Below are positions 56,752 through 64,000 of a stretch of 64,000 bases of DNA, piece by piece (position 1 is the stretch's first letter; every line of letters begins with the position of its first letter). Origin of the DNA: a virus. The notes under the pieces are model-generated. The model did no database searches and was not told the DNA's origin. It worked only from the letters and a program-made list of their open reading frames with translations. The position numbers and the translations under genes are program-made. Location: positions 1-64,000 of IMG/VR virus record IMGVR_UViG_3300010157_000059; one strand, written 5' to 3'.

Positions 56752-57336
56752 ATGAGCATACCGATTATTGGGCAGGGTCAGCGACCCTCTGCCGATAGCG
56801 GGCCTGTTAAAGAAATTATTGACAATGGCCCTAAAATTCGTATTCTTTACTGCTGGAATTGCAAAACTATTGAAGAGCTTCCAGACTTTGAGGGTAACCC
56901 AGAAGATGATCTTTTATTAGAGATCTTAATTGAGCCTCATCAAAGTGCTGGCGTACCTCACAAGGGCACAGTATTTAAAGTACCCGTGGGTATTTGGTCT
57001 GTACAATCACAGCGTGAAGAAATTATCCGCCAAATGCGTGATCAGATCTCAGGCGGTCTAGATAACCTAGACGCAGGTTACTACGAGACTCGTGCTACCT
57101 TCTATGAAGATGCAATGACGTGTTACGCAACCCATCTTCGCCCTACAGATAGCTGCTCTGACTGGAAGTCAGAAACTAAGCGTCTGTTACCTAAGACAGA
57201 TGCCCTGCGTAAAGATGCAGGGCTAATGTCAGCCAAGAGTTCAGCAAGCACAAGGGTGTACCTTTGTGACTTCTGTCCAGTAAAATCCGTAGTAATGACT
57301 AAGCAGCGCAATGCTGCTGGAATGTATAAGGAATAA
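56752..57336 (+). CDS. Multi-Zn-site hypothetical protein
   Basis: AGGAGA RBS before ATG 56752; CWNC..H..H, C..H..C, CDFC. Confidence 0.7.
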   Translation: MSIPIIGQGQRPSADSGPVKEIIDNGPKIRILYCWNCKTIEELPDFEGNPEDDLLLEILIEPHQSAGVPHKGTVFKVPVGIWSVQSQREEIIRQMRDQISGGLDNLDAGYYETRATFYEDAMTCYATHLRPTDSCSDWKSETKRLLPKTDALRKDAGLMSAKSSASTRVYLCDFCPVKSVVMTKQRNAAGMYKE

Positions 57337-57337
57337 A

Positions 57338-57631
57338 ATGTCAGAGATTAAGAATGAAGTTATTGACGCTATTGAAGAAGAACTAGCAGTAGAAGCAGAT
57401 AAGCCTGTAATTGAGGCAGCTTTTATTGTAGCAATTGGTGAGGGTGGCCAGGTTTACTTGGAACGTAATACCGAAGCTCTACGTCTTGATGTAAAGCGCG
57501 AAGCAACAATGATTGAAGTTCGCCGTTACATCTCAGAGATTCTCATGGATCTTCAGGCACAAGCAGCCGGTGAGTACACCCTCACAGCTCTTATGTCCGC
57601 ACAAAATAACTCTGCACCAGCTGCAGAATAA
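57338..57631 (+). CDS. Hypothetical protein
   Basis: AAGGA RBS before ATG 57338. Confidence 0.65.
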   Translation: MSEIKNEVIDAIEEELAVEADKPVIEAAFIVAIGEGGQVYLERNTEALRLDVKREATMIEVRRYISEILMDLQAQAAGEYTLTALMSAQNNSAPAAE

Positions 57632-57645
57632 CCTATTCGGATTGG

Positions 57646-57876
57646 ATGCCAAATATGTACGTTGAAATGGCTTGTTCATGTACCTCTTCTTTCTCTTTGG
57701 ATACGCAAGAGGAGTATGTCGAGCCTATTTGGCATCTAATCTGGAGGTTTGCTAATGCCCACATTCGTTGTGGCTATGTTACTCCAGTAGTTAATGTTGA
57801 TGAGGAAATTGACGCAGAGTTAGATAAAAAGAAGGCTAAGGTAACCTCAGCTCATGAAGAAGAGGATGATGAGTAA
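57646..57876 (+). CDS. Small Zn-binding acidic protein
   Basis: CSC...H..CG; acidic tail. Confidence 0.6.
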   Translation: MPNMYVEMACSCTSSFSLDTQEEYVEPIWHLIWRFANAHIRCGYVTPVVNVDEEIDAELDKKKAKVTSAHEEEDDE

Positions 57877-58812
57877 ATGTCATATCTTAATTCTTTTAAT
57901 GGAGATGATGTAAATGTTTCACCCAGCTCAACATCTTATTTTAGCGACCCATCCTCAGGATTAGATCCTAATCTTTTTGAGGGGATGCATATTCGCTCTT
58001 GGGTCAGAAATAGCATTCTAAGAATGTTGTTTGAACACCTTGCTGTTCTTTACCAAGACCCAAATCGTTGGATATCTGCCTGGCTTGCAGGGTCTGGAGT
58101 CTCATATCAATGGGAAAGTGCTAGATCCCCTGGAGATCTAGATTGTCTAGTGGGCATTGATTATGTTACTTTTAGGCGTTTTAATTCTGATTACTCAGGT
58201 TTAAGTGACGTTGAAATCTCTAAGATGTTTAACGAGTCTTTTCACAGAGATTTAATGCCAGACACCTCGAACTGGGAGGGTTACGAGCTAACTTTTTACG
58301 TAAATTCCCAGTCAAATATTGTTGACATCAACCCTTATGCAGCGTATGACCTAATTAATGACACCTGGACTGTAGAGCCTAGTCGTTCCCAAAACCCTCC
58401 CTACTCAAAAATGTGGGAACAGCGTACTTCTAAAGACGAAGAAACTGCTGTTGGGTTAGTAAAAAAGTATTCTCAGGCATACTCAGAGTTTAAAAACTCT
58501 CTTAATAACCCTATAACAAGAGCTAATGCCGAGCGTAAGCTCAGGATGGCAATTGATCAGTCTGCCGCTTTTTATGAGGAACTACACACTGGTCGTAAGA
58601 CTGCTTTTAGTAAGACTGGGGCAGGTTACGCAGACTTTAACAATTACCGCTGGCAAGCAGGTAAACAATCTGGGATTGTACAAGCGCTTAAGTTAATTAA
58701 AAATTACCGCGACGAGGCTATTAAGAACAATGATTTGGAAATGTATGGCGTAGAGATGCCTAGCCCAGACGTATTGATTCGCCGCAGCGCCACCTACAGG
58801 ATTACTCAATGA
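57877..58812 (+). CDS. Pol-beta-superfamily nucleotidyltransferase
   Basis: hGS motif WLAGSGVSY, DLD 13 residues later, candidate third carboxylate in YELTFYVN. Confidence 0.75.
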   Translation: MSYLNSFNGDDVNVSPSSTSYFSDPSSGLDPNLFEGMHIRSWVRNSILRMLFEHLAVLYQDPNRWISAWLAGSGVSYQWESARSPGDLDCLVGIDYVTFRRFNSDYSGLSDVEISKMFNESFHRDLMPDTSNWEGYELTFYVNSQSNIVDINPYAAYDLINDTWTVEPSRSQNPPYSKMWEQRTSKDEETAVGLVKKYSQAYSEFKNSLNNPITRANAERKLRMAIDQSAAFYEELHTGRKTAFSKTGAGYADFNNYRWQAGKQSGIVQALKLIKNYRDEAIKNNDLEMYGVEMPSPDVLIRRSATYRITQ

Positions 58813-59279
58813 CCATTTTAATGAGCATAGAAGGTGTTTTAAAGAAAGAAAACGGTGACCCTATTCCTGAGGGGTTTAAGCTTTATAGAACGCTTCTATC
58901 TTCTTACAGAATTGTTTTATCTATAGATGATGACCTTAAAAAAACGGATCATTGGTTAAAAACTAATTATTTATTTGATTACGCAGACGTGCTCACCAAT
59001 AAAAACTTCTACAGTGGGCAAGAGTTGCGTCTTCGACACATAGATCTAGTAAAGCAGGGAGAAAAGTTAGAGTTATTTATTGATTCTGACCCCGAAATGT
59101 GCGCCAAAGTACTTGCTGATGGAATACCCACTTTGCTAGTTTCTACACCTAAATATTTTCAAACCCATAAAGATATTAAACCTTGGGATGTAATTACTAA
59201 AGAACAAGAACGACAAAAAGAAATTCTTGCCGAGATGTACACAAAGCAGATGAATGAAGAAGGGCAGCGTTGGGAGTAG
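58809..59279 (+). CDS. Degenerate HAD-fold protein
   Basis: ILMSIEGVL in place of DxDGVL; PIPEG; LFIDSDP. Confidence 0.6.
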   Translation: MTILMSIEGVLKKENGDPIPEGFKLYRTLLSSYRIVLSIDDDLKKTDHWLKTNYLFDYADVLTNKNFYSGQELRLRHIDLVKQGEKLELFIDSDPEMCAKVLADGIPTLLVSTPKYFQTHKDIKPWDVITKEQERQKEILAEMYTKQMNEEGQRWE

Positions 59280-59282
59280 GCC

Positions 59283-60746
59283 ATGGAGATTATATTTCTG
59301 GGCGGTGAAGTACCTTCTAACCGAGAACTGCTCATCCGTAATAACGTTAAAGCTATTGGGCTTAACTACTGGGCCCTGAAGCGTAGGGGTTTACCTAAGA
59401 CCAAAGACTATCTATTATCAGAAAGATATCCTGATGATGTCAAGGTGTACGTGGACGGCGGAACTACAGCTGCGGCTAAAGCTGGGCTATCTGTACTAGA
59501 GCTCGAAGAATACTGTGAGGAATACCAAGACTGGGTATCTCTCAATGAGGATAGAATTTCTGGAGCTACCGAATTTACTAACCCAGCTCTTGGAGATGCC
59601 TGGACTAAAACTCAGCGGGAAACTTTCTGGGAATACACTCCTGAAGGCATGTTTTGGCCGGTATGGTCAGGTGGTCATATTGACTTAGCGCATTTGGCTA
59701 AAAATTATAGTAATTTTGCTATTCCAGGTGAGTTTGTAGAATCTGATAAAGCTCTAGCAGCTAAGGTGCGAGCTTTAGGGCATCAGTACGAATTTAACGT
59801 GCATGTTATTGCTTGTGCAAAACCCGATAATATGCGTCAAGTTCCCTTTGAAACGGCCAGCACTTTGTCATGGCTAAGTCCTATGATGAGGGGCGAGACT
59901 ATCGTATGGGATGGTAAAAAGTTAGTTCGTTACCCAAAAAAGATGAAGGATCAAGCCCGTCCACGTTACAAAAGGATCATTGAGGAAGCAGGCTTAGATT
60001 TTGATAAGATACTTGAAGATGATCCTAATGAGGTAACTAACCTCGCAATTTGGTCATACTTAGAATTGGAGAAGACATTGGACAACAATGACCCACTGTT
60101 ATCTGATAACAGCGATTACATAGATGATCCCGGTGACGCGGAAACAGGGGGTAATAACCCTGATAACAGTGTGGTTCAGGTGCGGAAAGAACTTGCACAA
60201 ATTCCTCTATCAGAGATGAAAACTTTGCCCGTTTTTGGGGTAGAAAATCGTACTGTAGTAGACCATGATTCAGACGGTAGAACAGTCATAAAGAGTGTCC
60301 CAGTACTCAGTTCTAATAGTGTATCTTTACGCCAATGTGACACCTGTTTTGTGGCATCAAACTGCCCTGCATTCAAGCCTCAAAGCGCTTGTTCTTTTAG
60401 TCTTCCAGTAGAGGTAAAAACCAAAGATCAACTACGCGCATTGCTTAATGCAATCATTGAAATGCAGGGCGCTCGTGTAGCATTTGCAAGGTTTTCTGAG
60501 GAATTAAATGGTGGCTACCCTGACCCAAATACTGGTCAAGAAATTGATAGACTATTCAAGTTAGTAGAACAGCTAAAGAAGTTAGAATCTAACAATGAGT
60601 TCGTTAGGATGACTGTTGAACGTCAAACTAGCGGGGGCGTTTTAAGTAATTTATTTGGTGATAAAGCAGCCCCTTTAAAGGACCTTCCTAACGGGGGTTT
60701 GGGCGAAGAACAGGTTACTAGAATCATCTCTGATTCTATAGATTAA
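59283..60746 (+). CDS. Two-domain protein: degenerate TGT-like TIM barrel plus Cys-cluster/helical C-terminal domain
   Basis: VYVDGG, PVW, VHVIA, PFETASTLSW echo the DSG / PV.H / H..G / DS.SW motifs of phage TGT-like proteins; acidic linker; CDTC.....C........C. Confidence 0.5.
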   Translation: MEIIFLGGEVPSNRELLIRNNVKAIGLNYWALKRRGLPKTKDYLLSERYPDDVKVYVDGGTTAAAKAGLSVLELEEYCEEYQDWVSLNEDRISGATEFTNPALGDAWTKTQRETFWEYTPEGMFWPVWSGGHIDLAHLAKNYSNFAIPGEFVESDKALAAKVRALGHQYEFNVHVIACAKPDNMRQVPFETASTLSWLSPMMRGETIVWDGKKLVRYPKKMKDQARPRYKRIIEEAGLDFDKILEDDPNEVTNLAIWSYLELEKTLDNNDPLLSDNSDYIDDPGDAETGGNNPDNSVVQVRKELAQIPLSEMKTLPVFGVENRTVVDHDSDGRTVIKSVPVLSSNSVSLRQCDTCFVASNCPAFKPQSACSFSLPVEVKTKDQLRALLNAIIEMQGARVAFARFSEELNGGYPDPNTGQEIDRLFKLVEQLKKLESNNEFVRMTVERQTSGGVLSNLFGDKAAPLKDLPNGGLGEEQVTRIISDSID

Positions 60747-60749
60747 GAC

Positions 60750-60831
60750 TTGCACTGCTACCTGATAACAGTGCTATAACCACGTGAATTAAGTTTGTCT
60801 AATTTGACATTTTATAAAGTGCTACTAGAGT
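60750..60831 (+). promoter_or_regulatory. Candidate sigma70-type promoters for nrdJ with overlapping palindromic site
   Basis: TGCTATAAC extended -10 at 60772-60780; TTGACA (60804-60809)-16 nt-TAGAGT; palindrome at 60752-60774. Confidence 0.5.
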
Positions 60832-60864
60832 TATGAACTCAGCAACTAAAAATAAGGAGTAAGT

Positions 60865-62889
60865 GTGTTTTCTTTTCGACTAACCGATGACTTTGTCGCT
60901 TCATATGAGGGCCAACCGGTGCCTTGGGGTTACACCGACGCAGGTAAAAACTCCATTGGAGAAATTACTTTTATGCGCACGTATTCTCGTTTAAAAGCTG
61001 ACGGTACCAAGGAAACTTGGGTAGATGTATGTCGTCGTGTTATTGAGGGTATGTACTCAATTCAGAAAGATCATTGTTGGAATAGCCGTCTGCCATGGAA
61101 TGGTGTACAGGCTCAGGCATCTGCGCAAGAAGCGTTTGACCGCATGTTTAACCTCAAGTGGACACCTCCAGGTCGTGGACTTTGGATGATGGGTACTGAG
61201 TATGTAATGGAAAAGAAGAACTCGGCTGCTCTGCAGAACTGTGCTTTTGTTTCTACTGATTCAATGACCAAGCACAATCCTGCCAAACCATTTGCGTTCC
61301 TAATGGAAGCATCTATGCTCGGAATTGGGGTAGGTTTTGACACTAAGGGTAAGGACAAGGGATTCACAGTCCACAAGCCAACAGATAAAACTTACGAGAT
61401 GAAGATTCTTGACTCTCGTGAGGGTTGGCGCGACTCTACAGCTCTTTTGATCAATACGTATTTAAAGGCGGATATGCCAACTATGGTCTTTGATTATAGT
61501 GAGATTCGTGAAGCTGGTCTCCCAATCAAGGGATTTGGTGGAACATCCTCAGGCCCTGAGCCATTGATTAAGTTGCACAAGCAATTGGTAGATCTCTTTG
61601 AGTCTAAGATTGGTCAGTCAGTAGATTCAATTATGATTACTGATATTGCTAATCTCATTGGAGTCTGTGTTGTATCCGGTAACGTTCGCCGCTCAGCCGA
61701 GCTAGCTCTTGGCCAGCCAGATGATGTGGACTTTATCAATGCTAAGAATGCAGAGGTATTCCCAACCCGTAACTCTTACGATCCAAAAAAGCCAGGTTGG
61801 GGTTGGATGTCTAACAACTCTTTAGAAGCTACAGTTGGTATGGATTACACCCCATTTGTAGAGAATATTGCGCTAAACGGTGAGCCAGGATTCATTTGGC
61901 TTGATGTATCTCGTAAGTATGGGCGTTTAAATGACCCAATTAATAACAAAGACACTCGTGTAGCAGGGTACAACCCTTGCGCAGAGCAAAGCCTAGAGTC
62001 ATACGAATGCTGTACTTTGGTAGAAACATATATCAACCGTCACGACAGCCTAGAAGATTTCCACCGTACTCTTAAGTTTGCATATCTTTATGCCAAGACT
62101 GTTACGCTTCTACCTACACATTGGGAAGAAACTAACGCAATCATGCAGCGTAACCGTCGTATTGGCTGCTCAGTATCTGGCTTAGCAGCGTTTGCTGACG
62201 TCAAGGGCCTTCCAGTTCTTCGTGACTGGCTAGACAAGGGCTACGATGTAGTACAGAAGTGGGACACTATGTACTCTGAATGGTTGTGTATCCGTGAGTC
62301 AGTAAAGACTACAACCGTAAAGCCATCCGGCACGGTATCAATTCTTGCTGGTGAAACTCCTGGAGTTCACTGGCCTGTAGGTGGGCAATACGTACTCCGC
62401 TCCATTAGGTTCTCTAAACTAGACCCTATGGTTCCCCTATTTGAAAAGGCAGGTTACCTTGTTGAAGATTCTATTACAGATCCCGAGAACACTGTGGTGG
62501 TATATTTCCCAGTTAAATCGGTAGCAGTGCGCCCTGAGGGTGACGTTTCATTGTTTGAAAAGGCTAACCTGGCAGCATTCGCGCAGCAGTATTGGTCAGA
62601 CAACTCAGTGTCAGTAACTCTCAGCTTTAATAAAGAAGAAGAGGCCAAGCATGTGGGTACAATTCTACACATGTACGAAGGCCGGTTGAAGACGGTATCG
62701 TTCCTGCCACAGGGTAAGGACGTTTACCCACAGCAGCCATACACTGAAATTTCAGAAGACGAATACAAGAATTATGTAGGTACCCTGAAGAAGATCAGCC
62801 TAGCTAGCATCTACAAGAAGAACGCGCTAGATGCTGCTGGTGAAGCCTACTGCACCACAGACACATGCGAGATCCCTAGCAAGCCCTAA
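60865..62889 (+). CDS. nrdJ: Class II (adenosylcobalamin-dependent) ribonucleotide reductase, monomeric RTPR type
   Basis: PPGRGLW, NCAF, GNVRRSA, NPCAEQ.L...ECC, VKPSGT, C-terminal C....C. Confidence 0.95.
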   Translation: MFSFRLTDDFVASYEGQPVPWGYTDAGKNSIGEITFMRTYSRLKADGTKETWVDVCRRVIEGMYSIQKDHCWNSRLPWNGVQAQASAQEAFDRMFNLKWTPPGRGLWMMGTEYVMEKKNSAALQNCAFVSTDSMTKHNPAKPFAFLMEASMLGIGVGFDTKGKDKGFTVHKPTDKTYEMKILDSREGWRDSTALLINTYLKADMPTMVFDYSEIREAGLPIKGFGGTSSGPEPLIKLHKQLVDLFESKIGQSVDSIMITDIANLIGVCVVSGNVRRSAELALGQPDDVDFINAKNAEVFPTRNSYDPKKPGWGWMSNNSLEATVGMDYTPFVENIALNGEPGFIWLDVSRKYGRLNDPINNKDTRVAGYNPCAEQSLESYECCTLVETYINRHDSLEDFHRTLKFAYLYAKTVTLLPTHWEETNAIMQRNRRIGCSVSGLAAFADVKGLPVLRDWLDKGYDVVQKWDTMYSEWLCIRESVKTTTVKPSGTVSILAGETPGVHWPVGGQYVLRSIRFSKLDPMVPLFEKAGYLVEDSITDPENTVVVYFPVKSVAVRPEGDVSLFEKANLAAFAQQYWSDNSVSVTLSFNKEEEAKHVGTILHMYEGRLKTVSFLPQGKDVYPQQPYTEISEDEYKNYVGTLKKISLASIYKKNALDAAGEAYCTTDTCEIPSKP

Positions 62890-62900
62890 GAGCCCAACAT

Positions 62901-62940
62901 AAACAATAGCCCCCGGCCTTATGGTCGGGGGCTATTGTTT
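62901..62940. terminator. Bidirectional terminator between convergent units
   Basis: AAACAATAGCCCCCGGCC TTAT GGTCGGGGGCTATTGTTT. Confidence 0.9.
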
Positions 62941-62946
62941 TAGCGG

Positions 62947-63120
62947 TTAATCTTTAAAGCCTTGATCATTTATTTCTATGTAATTGTCATACAACTTAAC
63001 GTCACCATCTTCCCATAGAGTGGTGTTAATCTTGTTATGCTCTTGCCACTTTATAGCGGCAGCAGCATCTGACTCAGCTTCAACCCAATAGTACTGTACA
63101 TGCATAATTTTATGCTTCAT
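62947..63120 (-). CDS. Hypothetical protein
   Basis: YWVEAESD..A pattern; likely start MKHKIM. Confidence 0.55.
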   Translation of the reverse strand: MKHKIMHVQYYWVEAESDAAAAIKWQEHNKINTTLWEDGDVKLYDNYIEINDQGFKD

Positions 63121-63122
63121 TA

Positions 63123-63227
63123 TTATTCCCATTCTTGTAGATAGTAGGTATCGGTGCGAGCACCGTCTTCTCCGTCTTTAACTCCTAGAGCCCAGTTATA
63201 AATCCAACTATATAAACGATTCAGCAC
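63123..63227 (-). CDS. Microprotein, 34 aa (not in ORF track)
   Basis: GGAGG RBS, GTG start, MLNRLYSWIYNWALGVKDGEDGARTDTYYLQEWE. Confidence 0.5.
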   Translation of the reverse strand: MLNRLYSWIYNWALGVKDGEDGARTDTYYLQEWE

Positions 63228-63732
63228 GTAGCACCTCCAAAGTATGTTCGTCTAAGTCTTGAACGCGTAGTACTTTATCTAAGTTACCTTGTACTACTCG
63301 TATAGGCCCAGGCTCAGGCCATATGTAGTCAAGGTTGTCGGGCACGTCCCAGCCGTACCTGCCGTAGAACACAGGGTCTTTGCGTAGTAAGTTAGATTGA
63401 TGGGATCTATGTAAGTACTCGTTACTATACCAATGAGGCATGACAACCCTACGGTTGGTATGCTCATCTATTAAAGCATTTATCTTGTCAGTGCAAGAGT
63501 CTTTGAACCCACGATCGATCCACTCTTCACACATTGCTATGCCGTACAAGCCAAGAGCTACTTCATGCCCCCGCCACATTACAGCAGCTGGGTGATTTAC
63601 CCAACCCTTGGTTAAGCCAAAGTTAGCTTTTAGTAACTGTAGTACTTCTACACGTTGCTTACCTAAACGACGATAGTCTAGTAATTTAGCTGACTCTTCG
63701 TAGTCAGCTACAGGTAAAAAAGTATTAACCAT
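63208..63732 (-). CDS. Pyrimidine-dimer DNA glycosylase-like protein (MSMEG_6728 / DenV family)
   Basis: M.TFLP, LD.RRLGKQRVE, HPA..MW, EW..RG, SH.SNL.RKDP. Confidence 0.88.
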   Translation of the reverse strand: MVNTFLPVADYEESAKLLDYRRLGKQRVEVLQLLKANFGLTKGWVNHPAAVMWRGHEVALGLYGIAMCEEWIDRGFKDSCTDKINALIDEHTNRRVVMPHWYSNEYLHRSHQSNLLRKDPVFYGRYGWDVPDNLDYIWPEPGPIRVVQGNLDKVLRVQDLDEHTLEVLRAESFI

Positions 63733-63928
63733 TGTCCCTCTTGTTAATTGTTGTTTTAGCGCTTTCTATGACGCCAATCAGGTTAAGAACTGATACTTGA
63801 CGTTCTCCATTTACGTCAATTGTTGAGAATTCAATTGCGCTTTTCATTACTACATCTAACACGCTAGTTACTAGATCGTTAGATGCTTTAACAATCTTGA
63901 TCATGATTTCTTCTGTGTTATCCATCTG
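63725..63928 (-). CDS. Hypothetical protein
   Basis: Likely start MDNTEE after AAGGA; overlaps the next gene start. Confidence 0.5.
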   Translation of the reverse strand, partial: QMDNTEEIMIKIVKASNDLVTSVLDVVMKSAIEFSTIDVNGERQVSVLNLIGVIESAKTTINKRDNG

Positions 63929-64000
63929 TCTTTTCCTTTTTCTTCTGGTTGGTACCCTTGAGTGTTGACACGTCAAAGCCTACTTGGCGTAGTGACATGT

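Noticed and set aside
31294-62889. Inteins or self-splicing introns in DnaB, polymerase, RecA or NrdJ
   Set aside because: All are of normal length with contiguous motifs; no homing-endonuclease or intein signatures seen
1-64000. Alternative genetic code or stop-codon reassignment
   Set aside because: Genes are full length under the standard code and end in TAA, TGA and TAG; no suppressor tRNA evident

Overview
A 64-kb, gene-dense segment of a large contractile-tailed (myovirus-like) dsDNA phage. The host is very probably an actinobacterium: two WhiB genes, an MSMEG_6728-like glycosylase, and GC roughly in the low 40s percent by eye, as in freshwater low-GC Actinobacteria. Almost all genes lie on the + strand. 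Order: end of the major capsid gene, head-tail and fibre genes (1-11.4 kb); sheath, tube, chaperone, tape measure and baseplate (11.5-28.7 kb); replication/recombination module with initiator, DnaC-like loader, DnaB, primase, SNF2 helicase, SSB, family-A polymerase, RecA, two resolvases, Cas4-like nuclease and dNMP kinase (29-46 kb); an accessory region with SpoVS, a metallophosphoesterase, an atypical tRNA-like RNA and many Zn-motif orphan proteins (46-56.7 kb); a nucleotidyltransferase / degenerate HAD / degenerate TGT-like cluster (56.7-60.7 kb); class II ribonucleotide reductase; and a few convergent minus-strand genes. Best leads: the NTase cluster with a thrice-repeated palindromic DNA site, the tRNA-like RNA with a broken anticodon arm, a probable CUU-UAA +1 frameshift in the tail chaperone, a structured RNA leader at 10.2 kb, and unannotated Cys/Lys-rich microproteins. 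All calls come from motif recognition by eye; no database searches were run.
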